DNA from: an uncultured Pelagibacteraceae bacterium
GTDB taxonomy: Bacteria; Pseudomonadota; Alphaproteobacteria; Pelagibacterales; Pelagibacteraceae
Reading direction: 5' to 3'
NCBI GenBank assembly: GCA_902554785.1
Contig: CACDQG010000001.1
Location: 45,246-109,245, forward strand
DNA length: 64,000 bases
Part shown: positions 19,576 through 31,284 of the stretch, in pieces
Position numbering within the stretch: the first letter of the stretch is position 1
Layout: each line of letters opens with the position of its first letter
Translations under genes and position numbers: made by a program
Notes under the pieces: generated by a model
The model's input: the letters and a program-made list of their open reading frames with translations, nothing else
What the model was told of the DNA's origin: nothing
Database searches by the model: none

Positions 19576-20367
19576 TTAGCTTCCCCAAATATAGATCGCA
19601 GCAAATAAGAATAACCAAACTACGTCAACAAAATGCCAGTACCAGGCTGCTGCTTCAAATCCAAAATGGTGTTGGGGCGTCGAGTGGCCTCTCATTGATC
19701 GAAACAAACAAACTGCAAGAAAAACTGTTCCGACAATTACATGAAAACCATGAAAACCAGTCGACATATAAAATGTGGAACCATAAATTCCACCATCTAA
19801 AGTAAATGTTGCATGATGATATTCGTAAGCTTGAAAACAAGAAAATATAAATCCTAAAAATACTGTTGCGATCAAACCATTTACCAATCCTTTTCTGTCA
19901 TTTTCTAACATTGCATGATGCGCCCAAGTCACAGTAGTTCCTGATAACAATAAAATTAGAGTATTGATTAATGGGATATCCCAAGGATCAAAAGTTTTTA
20001 TATCTGCTGGTGGCCATATACCACCTATAGAGTCAGGTGGAAATAAACTAGCGTTAAAAAAAGCCCAGAACCAAGCAACAAAGAACATTACTTCAGAGGC
20101 AATAAATAATGTCATACCGTACCTGTGTCCAATTTGAACTACTGGAGTATGGTGACCTTGATGCTCTGCTTCTTCTATAACATCTCTCCACCACATAAAT
20201 GCACCATAAACTACTAACGCAAAACCAATCAAAAGTAGCCAAAGGGCTTTAGAGTGAAAGTAATAAACTGCTCCAAAAGCTAAGACTAAAGTTGCAAATG
20301 AAACATAGATCGGCCAAGGACTTGGGTCAACTAAATGGTAATCGTGTTTTGGTTTTTCTGCTGACAT
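19576..20367 (-). CDS. ctaE: Cytochrome c oxidase subunit III
   Basis: H.YHLV.PSPWP, TGFHG.HV and WYWHFVDVVW motifs. Confidence 0.97.
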   Translation of the reverse strand: MSAEKPKHDYHLVDPSPWPIYVSFATLVLAFGAVYYFHSKALWLLLIGFALVVYGAFMWWRDVIEEAEHQGHHTPVVQIGHRYGMTLFIASEVMFFVAWFWAFFNASLFPPDSIGGIWPPADIKTFDPWDIPLINTLILLLSGTTVTWAHHAMLENDRKGLVNGLIATVFLGFIFSCFQAYEYHHATFTLDGGIYGSTFYMSTGFHGFHVIVGTVFLAVCLFRSMRGHSTPQHHFGFEAAAWYWHFVDVVWLFLFAAIYIWGS

Positions 20368-20918
20368 TATGTGTTGCTCTTTTCATAATAGCCTGATGAA
20401 AAAAAAGTAAAAGATAAAGTTACATCAGACATATTTTTAGTTTTATTATCATCAACAACTTTAGGATCCAAGAAAAATGTTAATACAAACTCTTTTTTTT
20501 CACCTGGTTGTAAAGTTTGTTTTTCAAAACAAAAACAACCTATCTTATTCAGGTAAATACCAAATGGTGATGGAGATACATTAAATGTCGCTGACCCTGA
20601 AGAAATTTCATTACTAGGATTTTCAACGTTAAATTTAACTGTATGAACTTCGCCTGGTTTTAAGTTTAAAGTATTCATCTCAGGATAAAATTTCCAATCT
20701 AAGGTGCTATTAATGTTTGTATCAAATCTCATTTTATAGTCTTGGTTTACTATAATTTTTGGGATTTCTTTGTCAGTAGCGTTTTGAGTAGTTCCACCAA
20801 ATCCTGTTACTCTGCAAAACAAATCATATAAAGGAACTGCTGCAAAAGACAATCCAAGCATTAGTAAAAATATCGATACTAAAGCGATAGGTGTTAAGTT
20901 TTTTTTGCTTATATTCAT
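20367..20918 (-). CDS. ctaG: Cytochrome c oxidase assembly protein CtaG/Cox11
   Basis: VPLY..FC..TG.GG and CFCF motifs. Confidence 0.95.
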   Translation of the reverse strand: MNISKKNLTPIALVSIFLLMLGLSFAAVPLYDLFCRVTGFGGTTQNATDKEIPKIIVNQDYKMRFDTNINSTLDWKFYPEMNTLNLKPGEVHTVKFNVENPSNEISSGSATFNVSPSPFGIYLNKIGCFCFEKQTLQPGEKKEFVLTFFLDPKVVDDNKTKNMSDVTLSFTFFSSGYYEKSNT

Positions 20919-21031
20919 TATATTTCTCGATTATAAATTCCAATATTATAGAAAGTTAATACAAATAAAAAAATCATAAATAAGATTAATATTAAAGCAG
21001 TTATTAAATTTTTTTTCTTTTTATTCATCAT
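20918..21031 (-). CDS. 37-aa single-TM protein in the cox operon (CoxF-like position)
   Basis: Hand-translated MMNKKKKNLITALILILFMIFLFVLTFYNIGIYNREI*; starts just after the ctaB stop (1-nt gap) and its TAA overlaps the ctaG ATG (TAATG); absent from the ORF track. Confidence 0.75.
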   Translation of the reverse strand: MMNKKKKNLITALILILFMIFLFVLTFYNIGIYNREI

Positions 21032-21032
21032 A

Positions 21033-21947
21033 TTATTTTAGAAAATTATCAATTAGTAAAATTAAGAAAATAAAAAACAAATAAAAAATTGAGTATATAA
21101 AAATTTTTCTCGCTATTTTATTTGAAATACTTGATATTTTAGAACTATATAATCTTAAACATAAATAAACATAGTATGCAGACATCATAGAAGATGCGGC
21201 TAGATAAAATACACTAGCAAAATTTAAAAAGTACGGTGCGATTATTGCAGGTATCATTATTAAAGCATAAACAAGTATATTCGCTTTTGTCGTTTTTGTT
21301 CCTGAAATTATTGGGAGCATTGGAATTTTTGCTTTTTTATAATCACTTGACTTATATAAACTTAAAGCCCAAAAATGTGACGGTGTCCATAGAAAAATTA
21401 TTAAAAATAAAATCAATGGCTCAACAGAAATACTTCCGGTTGCTATTGTCCATCCAATAACAGGTGGTAGTGCCCCAGCTGCACCACCTATAACAATATT
21501 TTGTGGAGTTTTCCTTTTTAACCAAATTGTATAAATGAAAAAATAAAAAGCAATTGTTGAGGCTAATAAAATTGCAGAAATTAAGTTAGCTGAAAAATAA
21601 ATTGTGCTTACCGATAAAGTTGATAAAATTATACCAAAATATAAAGCTTGATTCTTTTTAACTTTTCCAGTTGGTATTGGTCTTAAACAAGTTCTGCTCA
21701 TTAAGGCATCTAAATCTGACTCATACCACATATTAAGTGTTCCAGCAGCTCCAGAGCCTATAGCTACAGCTAAGAGTGAAATACAAGCAGATGTGAAGTC
21801 CACATTAATTGGCGCTATTAATAAACCTACCATACAAGTAAATAGGACGAGAGACATAACCCTAGGTTTCATTAAGTTAAAAAATGAACTTAGGTCCAAT
21901 GATAAACCAAGTTTAGAGTTTCTAGATTTTATACTTATCTGGCTCAA
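21033..21947 (-). CDS. ctaB: Protoheme IX farnesyltransferase (heme O synthase)
   Basis: KPRVMSL, D..M.RT..RP.P.G and QNIVIGGAAGA.PP motifs; W.P.HFWAL-type motif. Confidence 0.95.
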   Translation of the reverse strand: MSQISIKSRNSKLGLSLDLSSFFNLMKPRVMSLVLFTCMVGLLIAPINVDFTSACISLLAVAIGSGAAGTLNMWYESDLDALMSRTCLRPIPTGKVKKNQALYFGIILSTLSVSTIYFSANLISAILLASTIAFYFFIYTIWLKRKTPQNIVIGGAAGALPPVIGWTIATGSISVEPLILFLIIFLWTPSHFWALSLYKSSDYKKAKIPMLPIISGTKTTKANILVYALIMIPAIIAPYFLNFASVFYLAASSMMSAYYVYLCLRLYSSKISSISNKIARKIFIYSIFYLFFIFLILLIDNFLK

Positions 21948-21948
21948 T

Positions 21949-24377
<2,429 letters not shown>

Positions 24378-24428
24378 GAGTTTTTATACAGCTTTTAACC
24401 AATTTCACAATTTCAATTAATGCGACAA

Positions 24429-25139
24429 TTAATAAAAGTTATTGATAAAATTTACTAATGAAATAGCGCTTATTACAGCTGTATCAGACCTTAGAATGTT
24501 TCTAGATAACGTAAAGGGTTTTACGGCTCTATTTTGTAGTATTAACTCACGTTCAGCTGTAGAAAAATCACCCTCGGGACCAATTAGTATACTACAGGAA
24601 TTAATATTTTTAAGATCTTCAGCTTTTAAGTTTTCTTTAGAATTAACATCCGCAAATAAAATTTTTGAGTTTTCATCAAAAGTTTGTAAAAAATCTTTTA
24701 ACTTAATTACATTTGCTATTTCTGGAGGCACAAGTTGATTAGATTGTTCAGTCGCCTCAATAACTATTTTTTTTGCTCTATCAAGATTTAATTCTTTAAC
24801 TTCTGTTCTTTCTGAAATGATTGGAGTAATTTTACTTATACCGAGCTCTGTGGCTTTCTGTAAAATAGTATCCATTGGATTTTTTTTTACTAAGCAAATA
24901 GCTAGCTCGGTTTTAGATAAATTATTAACTTCTTTAATTTTTTCTAAAAACCTAACTTCAACTCTATCTTTGTTTAAAAAAATTATTTCGCTTTTCCATT
25001 CTCCAGTTTTATTAAAAAAATTTAATTTTGAGCCTCTTTTAAGTCGCATAACATTAACGATATAATGAGTGTGCTCTTTGCTTAACAAGCTTGTATTATT
25101 TTCTAGTATACTGTCTGGATGATATAATCTAATATTCAT
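24429..25139 (-). CDS. rsmE: 16S rRNA m3U1498 methyltransferase
   Basis: HY..V.R, QKATELG, EATEQS, IGPEG and ILR.DTA motifs; ATG at 25139. Confidence 0.92.
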   Translation of the reverse strand: MNIRLYHPDSILENNTSLLSKEHTHYIVNVMRLKRGSKLNFFNKTGEWKSEIIFLNKDRVEVRFLEKIKEVNNLSKTELAICLVKKNPMDTILQKATELGISKITPIISERTEVKELNLDRAKKIVIEATEQSNQLVPPEIANVIKLKDFLQTFDENSKILFADVNSKENLKAEDLKNINSCSILIGPEGDFSTAERELILQNRAVKPFTLSRNILRSDTAVISAISLVNFINNFY

Positions 25140-25185
25140 TAATTTATATAGTATAAACAAATTTAAAAGATATAAAGGAGCAATA

Positions 25186-25425
25186 ATGAAAAAAGGTAAA
25201 AGAGCTGGGGAATCCCCAATAGGTATTAATGTACTAGAGGGAAAATCTTATTTTTGGTGCTCTTGTGGAGAGAGTTCTAAACAACCTTTTTGTGATGGTT
25301 CGCATAAAGGAACTGATTTTACGCCATTTAAATATTTTGCCGAACAATCAAAAAAAGTTTTTTTCTGCACATGTAAACAAACAAGCGATCAACCGTTATG
25401 CGACGGTTCGCATAATATTAAATAA
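25186..25425 (+). CDS. CDGSH iron-sulfur (NEET, MiNT-like) protein
   Basis: Two CDGSH motifs (CSCG...QPFCDGSH; CTCK...QPLCDGSH); SD AAGGAG. Confidence 0.93.
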   Translation: MKKGKRAGESPIGINVLEGKSYFWCSCGESSKQPFCDGSHKGTDFTPFKYFAEQSKKVFFCTCKQTSDQPLCDGSHNIK

Positions 25426-25428
25426 ATT

Positions 25429-26088
25429 ATGAGCACAAAGGCAATAGTATTTGATGCTTATGGGACGTTATTCGATGTAAATTCAGCTGCTGAAAAATGT
25501 AAAGATAAAATTGGAAGCAAGTGGGAAACATTTGCTAATTTTTGGAGAACTACTCAGCTTGAATATACTTGGCTTAGAAGTTTGATGAAAAGGCATAAAA
25601 ATTTTTGGGAAGTTACTGAGGACAGTTTAGATAAATCAATGAAAGTGTTCAATATTAATAAGAGTTTGAAAAATGATTTGCTTAGCCTTTATAAAATTTT
25701 ATCTCCTTATCCCGAAGTAAGAGGTGTTTTAGAAAATTTAAAAAAGAAAAACTTCAAACTTGCTATACTTTCTAACGGGACCCCTAATCTTTTAAATGAA
25801 TTAGTTGAAAGTAATAAGTTAAATAATCTATTTGATGATCTTTTTTCTATTGAAGAAGTAAAAATTTATAAACCTGACTCTAGAGTTTATGAACTGCCAA
25901 TTAATAAATATAAAATTAAATCTGATGAAATTACTTTTTTAAGCGCAAATACATGGGATGTCTCAGGAGGTGGAAACTTTGGATATAATTCCATTTGGGT
26001 TAATAGATATAACTCAGTCTTTGATATCCTTGATTTTCAACCCAAAAAAGAGATCAGCAATTTAACGCAGCTACTTGATATAGTTTAA
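25429..26088 (+). CDS. Haloacid dehalogenase type II
   Basis: FDAYGTLFDV, WR..QLEYTW, ILSNG, KPD and SAN.WD motifs. Confidence 0.88.
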   Translation: MSTKAIVFDAYGTLFDVNSAAEKCKDKIGSKWETFANFWRTTQLEYTWLRSLMKRHKNFWEVTEDSLDKSMKVFNINKSLKNDLLSLYKILSPYPEVRGVLENLKKKNFKLAILSNGTPNLLNELVESNKLNNLFDDLFSIEEVKIYKPDSRVYELPINKYKIKSDEITFLSANTWDVSGGGNFGYNSIWVNRYNSVFDILDFQPKKEISNLTQLLDIV

Positions 26089-26109
26089 ACTTTCATTATA
26101 AATATTTCT

Positions 26110-26952
26110 ATGTCTCAAATTGAAGTAAAAAAAATTATTACAGCCCTTAATGCCTCAGATGGCGCAGGAGTAAAATTAAAAAGAAGCATAGGAACTCCAG
26201 AAGCAGATTATATTGATCCATTCTTAATGCTTGATGAATTTGGTTCTGAAAATAAAGATGATTATGTAGCTGGTTTTCCTCCTCATCCACATAGAGGGAT
26301 AGAAACAGTAACTTATATGTTAAACGGAGAATTTGAACATCAAGACAGCACTGGAGCTAAAGGTATTATGACATCTGGGGATGTACAATGGATGAAAACT
26401 GGAAGAGGAATTATTCATTCAGAAATGCCTGCTATGAAAGAAGGTAAATTATTAGGTTTCCAACTTTGGATCAATATGCCCGCTAAAATGAAAAAGAATA
26501 AGCCTGAATATCTTTATATAAAAGGAAATGAATTAGGGGAACATAAAGATAGTGATAAAATCGTAAAAGTTATTGCAGGTAAATTTGAAAAAGCTGAGGG
26601 TCCAGAAAAAAAACACAATGTTGAGCCTATTTACTTTCATATTTTGCTTAACGAAGGTAAAAAATTTAGTTGTGATGTTCCTGATGGGCATAATTCTTTT
26701 ATATATTTGCTTAAAGGTGAATTAAAAATTGGAGAGAAAAACCATACTAAGACTACAGACTCAAACCTAATTTTGCTTGAAAGAGGAAAAAAGTTAAAAT
26801 TAAAAGCTATTAAAAAGTCTGAATTTCTATTCATAGCTGGTAAACCAATAGGTGAACCAATCGCAAGAGGTGGTCCTTTTGTAATGAATACAAAAGCAGA
26901 AATACTTGAAGCAATTCAAGATTATAATAATGGAACATTTGCCAAATATTAA
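26110..26952 (+). CDS. Pirin family protein
   Basis: DPFLMLD, HPHRG.ETVTY, GIIHSE, QLW.N and GPFVMN motifs. Confidence 0.93.
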   Translation: MSQIEVKKIITALNASDGAGVKLKRSIGTPEADYIDPFLMLDEFGSENKDDYVAGFPPHPHRGIETVTYMLNGEFEHQDSTGAKGIMTSGDVQWMKTGRGIIHSEMPAMKEGKLLGFQLWINMPAKMKKNKPEYLYIKGNELGEHKDSDKIVKVIAGKFEKAEGPEKKHNVEPIYFHILLNEGKKFSCDVPDGHNSFIYLLKGELKIGEKNHTKTTDSNLILLERGKKLKLKAIKKSEFLFIAGKPIGEPIARGGPFVMNTKAEILEAIQDYNNGTFAKY

Positions 26953-26975
26953 AAGTTAAAGTACGTTCCAGTAAA

Positions 26976-27950
26976 ATGCCAAAATCTATAATTCTTAAAA
27001 ATAATGGGGGCCCAGAAGTTTTAGAACTTCAAGATGTTGAGGTTGGAACTCCAGGACCAGATGAAATTAAAGTTACAAATCATGCAATAGGTTTAAACTA
27101 TATTGATACCTATCATAGATCAGGATTGTATCCAATTAAGCTTCCAAGTGGAATCGGATTAGAAGCTGCAGGAAAAATCGATGAAGTTGGTTCTAATGTT
27201 ACTGAGTTTAATAAAGGAGATAACGTTGCATACGCATCTGTTCCGCTTGGTGCTTATTCTCAGCAAAGGGTTATTCCCTCTAAAATTGCAGTCAAAATTC
27301 CTGAAAGTATTTCTTACGAGCAGGCCGCAACTTTGATGACAAAAGGTTTAACAACTAATTACTTATTGACAAAAACATATAATTTAAAAGCTGGTGAAAC
27401 TGTTTTATTCCATGCTGCTGCAGGTGGAGTGGGACAAATATTTGCGCAATGGGCAAATAGTTTAGGTGCTAAAGTTATAGGAACAGTAGGATCAGATGAG
27501 AAAATTAAAATTGCAAAAGAAAACGGATATTCTCATGTAATTAATTACTCTAAGACTGATTTTTCTAAAGAAGTTTTAGATTTTACAAATAATGAAGGGG
27601 TGCCTGCTGTTTTTGATGGAGTAGGTAAGGAAACATTTCTTGGTTCCCTTGCTTGTTTAAAAGTAAGAGGCATGATGATAAGTTTTGGAAATGCCTCTGG
27701 TCCTCTAGATCCAGTCAATGTTCCTAAGCATATTCAACCCAAAGGTCTTTACTTAACGAGACCATCAATAGGGCAATATTTTACTAATAGAAAAGAACTT
27801 CAAACTGGTGCGGATCAAATTTTTGAAAAAGTAAAATTTGGAAAAATAAAGATTAATATCTTCAAAAAATATAAATTAGCTGATGCAAAACAAGCTCATG
27901 AAGATCTTGAAGCAAGGAGATTGAAGGGGCCAGTAATCTTAATACCTTAA
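26976..27950 (+). CDS. qor: NADPH:quinone oxidoreductase (zeta-crystallin family)
   Basis: GGPEVL, IGLNYID...RSGLY, HAAAGGVG and FGNASG motifs. Confidence 0.9.
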   Translation: MPKSIILKNNGGPEVLELQDVEVGTPGPDEIKVTNHAIGLNYIDTYHRSGLYPIKLPSGIGLEAAGKIDEVGSNVTEFNKGDNVAYASVPLGAYSQQRVIPSKIAVKIPESISYEQAATLMTKGLTTNYLLTKTYNLKAGETVLFHAAAGGVGQIFAQWANSLGAKVIGTVGSDEKIKIAKENGYSHVINYSKTDFSKEVLDFTNNEGVPAVFDGVGKETFLGSLACLKVRGMMISFGNASGPLDPVNVPKHIQPKGLYLTRPSIGQYFTNRKELQTGADQIFEKVKFGKIKINIFKKYKLADAKQAHEDLEARRLKGPVILIP

Positions 27951-28216
27951 TGAGTGATAAAAAAAAAATAGTATCGCCTTGCATAAGTATTTGTAAGACT
28001 GATCCGATAACAGAATACTGCTATGGGTGCGCTAGAACTATTGAAGAAAAAAAACTATGGAAAGATGAAAAGACAACAGATGAATGGAAGACAAAAAACT
28101 TAAACGAAATACTTAATAGAATGAAAGGTTGGCAACTAGATACATTTAAGGAGTCTTATGACCACAAAATTAAACAAGGTATTTCTTTATTTAAAAAAAA
28201 ACTTTTACAAAAATAA
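27950..28216 (+). CDS. DUF1289-family small Cys-rich protein
   Basis: SPCI.IC......C.GC.RT..E...W pattern. Confidence 0.85.
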   Translation: MSDKKKIVSPCISICKTDPITEYCYGCARTIEEKKLWKDEKTTDEWKTKNLNEILNRMKGWQLDTFKESYDHKIKQGISLFKKKLLQK

Positions 28217-28217
28217 T

Positions 28218-28628
28218 TTATAAATCCTTTCTCATAGAGTCCATATCACTCAAATGAAATTTTAAGGCATCGTTTGAAAGTCTTATTTCTTGTAAAAACA
28301 AAAAAATAGAAAAAATCATACAGATACAACACATAGCAAAACTTAACCTAGCATAAAAAACTAGATCTAAATAAAGAAGTAAAACTGTAAGCATATTAAA
28401 TAAAAAACCAAACGCTGAAAAACCCATAACAAATTTTAGATAATTTGTTCTTTTATTTAGTACATGAAGTTGATTTTCCCACTTTGGTGGAACCTTTTTT
28501 TCAAAAGTATACTGATCATGAATTTTTCTGATCAGTGCACTCAAAGTATGAAAACGATTACTATACATCGTCATCATTAAAGGAATAGCTGGAAACATTA
28601 AGGCTGCTACAGTGTAATCTATATCCAT
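28218..28628 (-). CDS. DUF2721-like membrane protein
   Basis: P....L.....NRF..L...IR, two TM helices, E...S..AL. Confidence 0.7.
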   Translation of the reverse strand: MDIDYTVAALMFPAIPLMMTMYSNRFHTLSALIRKIHDQYTFEKKVPPKWENQLHVLNKRTNYLKFVMGFSAFGFLFNMLTVLLLYLDLVFYARLSFAMCCICMIFSIFLFLQEIRLSNDALKFHLSDMDSMRKDL

Positions 28629-28681
28629 ATCGAATCAAATTGATTATGTAATTAGTGTTTGATATTTACAAGTAGTATTTC

Positions 28682-29533
28682 ATGCGCCAATTAGAAATTT
28701 TTATAGATTTAACCAGACTAAATAAGCCAATTGGTTTTATGCTTTTATTTTGGCCCTGTTCGTGGGGCTTGTCATACGCTTTATTAATTAATCAAAATTT
28801 AAAACTTTTCTTATACTACTCTTTTTTGTTTTTCTTAGGTTCAGTTTTAATGAGAAGTGCTGGGTGTATATTTAACGATATCATTGATAGAGATCTTGAT
28901 AAAAAAGTAAAAAGAACTAAAAGTAGACCAATCGCAAGTGGCATAATCTCAGTTAAAAAATCTTTTTTTTACGTAATTATTCTCTGTTTAATCGCTTTTT
29001 TAATCTTAATTCAGTTTAATATAAAAACAATTGTTCTTGGATTAAGCTCTATGATTTTGGCATTTTCATATCCTTTTATGAAACGAATTACTTATTGGCC
29101 ACAACTTTTTCTAGGTCTAACTTTTAATTGGGGTTTGGTGATGGGCTATGTAGCAATTTTAGATCAGATTTCCTTTGAAATCCTTTTACTTTATATATCA
29201 GCCATATTTTGGACATTGGGATATGACACGATTTATGGAGTGCAGGATATAGTTGATGATGAAATTATAGGTATAAAATCAACTGCTATAAAATTTAAAA
29301 AAAATATTAAAACTTTCGTAAGTGCGTGCTATTTAATCAGTTTTTTATTAATTATTTTTGTTTTAAAAATGAATTTAGGTATTAATTTATCAACTTTTTT
29401 TATTCTAATGTTCTTAGTTACATTAATTTTTCAAATAAAAATTTTTAGTGAGGATGACCCAGTGAATTGTTTAAAGGCATTTAAAATAAATAATTTATCA
29501 GGAGCTTTTGTATTTTTATCAATATTGTTTTAA
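28682..29533 (+). CDS. ubiA: 4-hydroxybenzoate polyprenyltransferase
   Basis: R..KPIG..LL.WP, MRSAGC..ND..DR..D..V.RT..RP and YDTIY..QD..DD motifs. Confidence 0.95.
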   Translation: MRQLEIFIDLTRLNKPIGFMLLFWPCSWGLSYALLINQNLKLFLYYSFLFFLGSVLMRSAGCIFNDIIDRDLDKKVKRTKSRPIASGIISVKKSFFYVIILCLIAFLILIQFNIKTIVLGLSSMILAFSYPFMKRITYWPQLFLGLTFNWGLVMGYVAILDQISFEILLLYISAIFWTLGYDTIYGVQDIVDDEIIGIKSTAIKFKKNIKTFVSACYLISFLLIIFVLKMNLGINLSTFFILMFLVTLIFQIKIFSEDDPVNCLKAFKINNLSGAFVFLSILF

Positions 29534-29536
29534 CTA

Positions 29537-31279
29537 ATGGAATTCGAACATTTTAAAATTGCTATAAAAAGATTATATTACGAGCATATCAGGTTTCATC
29601 TAACTCGAATTTTTATATGTTTGATATTATCAATTTGTGTTGCTGGCGCTACTTCGTCTATTGCTTGGCTTCTCGATCCAGCTGTAAAAAAAATTTTTAT
29701 AGATAAGAATGAAACTTTAGCTTGGTTAATACCATTAGCTATTATCTTTGCTTTTGCTGCTAAAGGCTTATCTCTTTATTTTGCGAGAATAAATCTTAAT
29801 ATTGTTGGTCAAAGAGTTTCTGGTGAGCTGCAAAAAAGGATAGCTAAATCTATTTTATTTTCAGATATTCAAACTTTAGATGATCGTCATTCTGGAAAAT
29901 ATATTTCTAATATTCAGTTTGATGCTGGACAAGTAGCACATTTTGTTAGCACTGGTGTTCTTAATTTAATGAAAGATTCTTTTTCAGTTGTGCTTCTAGT
30001 TGGGTTAATGTTCTATCAAAATTGGAAGCTCGCTTCATTCGCAATTTTTATGATACCTCTAGCTGGAGGACTAGCCAAAAATTTAGGCAAACAAGTTGCT
30101 AAAGCAACAACTCAGGCAAGTAAAGTATCTGGGAATTTAGTCTCATATCTTGCTGATATTTTAAGAGGATCAAGAATGATAAGAATTTTTCAGAAAGAAA
30201 TTAAAGAAAATGAGAATGCTAATAATGTCATTACAAAACTTGTAGACAAAAATATCAAAATAGCTGCAATTATGATGAGAGCAACGCCTATTATGGAAAC
30301 TTTAACAGGTATTATGATTGCTGGATTTATTTTTTTTTCAGGTAAGTTGATTAATTCTGGTGAATTAGGCCTTAATAACTTCTTTTCTTTTTTGGCTGCA
30401 ATGATGTTGGCTTACCAACCAGTTAGATCTCTAGCTACTATAAACATGGTAGCTTACCAAGGTGCTGCAGCATCTAAAAGAATTTTCGATATCATTGATA
30501 AACCAATCAATATTAAAAATGAGAATAACCTGCCGGACTTAAAAATTTCAAATTGTAATATCGAATTTAATAATGTTAGTTTTAAATATCAAAAAACTAA
30601 TGATAAAGCCCTTAATAATATAAATTTAAACGTAGAAGGTGGAAAAATTACTGCTCTTGTCGGAAAAAGCGGAGCAGGAAAGAGTACAATAATTAATCTT
30701 TTACCTCGTTTTTACGATCCGCAATATGGTACAATTTTAATTGACGGCCAAAATACAAAAGATATTAACCTTAATTCTTTAAGAAGTAAAATTTCTTTGG
30801 TAAGCCAAGATGTAATTTTATTTGATGACACCATTAGAAATAACATCGCCTATGCAAACTCAGAGGCAACTAGTGAAGAAATTGAGGAGGCATGTGAATT
30901 TGCGGCTGCTGCAGAATTTATTAATAAACTACCAAATAAATACGACACTATGGTTGGGGAAAATGGAGTAAGACTATCTGGTGGTCAAAAACAGAGAATA
31001 TCTATAGCTAGAGCAATTCTAAAAAAATCACAAATAATATTATTAGATGAGGCAACTTCTTCATTAGATACTGAATCAGAAAGAATAGTACAAAACGCTA
31101 TTAATAACTTGATTAAAGGAAGAACAACTATAGTGATAGCTCATAGAATGTCCACTATTCACAACGCAAATAAAATTTTTGTCTTAAAGGATGGTACAGT
31201 AGTTGAAAAAGGGAATCATCAATTTTTAGTGAAAAATTGTGATGAATATAAATCTTTATATGAAAATCAACTCAAATAA
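29537..31279 (+). CDS. msbA: Lipid A export ABC transporter (MsbA-like)
   Basis: TMD-NBD fusion; GKSGAGKS, LSGGQKQR, LDEATSSLD; next to waaA and lpxK. Confidence 0.85.
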   Translation: MEFEHFKIAIKRLYYEHIRFHLTRIFICLILSICVAGATSSIAWLLDPAVKKIFIDKNETLAWLIPLAIIFAFAAKGLSLYFARINLNIVGQRVSGELQKRIAKSILFSDIQTLDDRHSGKYISNIQFDAGQVAHFVSTGVLNLMKDSFSVVLLVGLMFYQNWKLASFAIFMIPLAGGLAKNLGKQVAKATTQASKVSGNLVSYLADILRGSRMIRIFQKEIKENENANNVITKLVDKNIKIAAIMMRATPIMETLTGIMIAGFIFFSGKLINSGELGLNNFFSFLAAMMLAYQPVRSLATINMVAYQGAAASKRIFDIIDKPINIKNENNLPDLKISNCNIEFNNVSFKYQKTNDKALNNINLNVEGGKITALVGKSGAGKSTIINLLPRFYDPQYGTILIDGQNTKDINLNSLRSKISLVSQDVILFDDTIRNNIAYANSEATSEEIEEACEFAAAAEFINKLPNKYDTMVGENGVRLSGGQKQRISIARAILKKSQIILLDEATSSLDTESERIVQNAINNLIKGRTTIVIAHRMSTIHNANKIFVLKDGTVVEKGNHQFLVKNCDEYKSLYENQLK

Positions 31280-31284
31280 ATCAA

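Noticed and set aside
28631-28644. GAATC site and AATCAA-A-TTGATT dyad in the DUF2721/ubiA spacer
   Set aside because: Short AT-rich dyad expected by chance at this base composition
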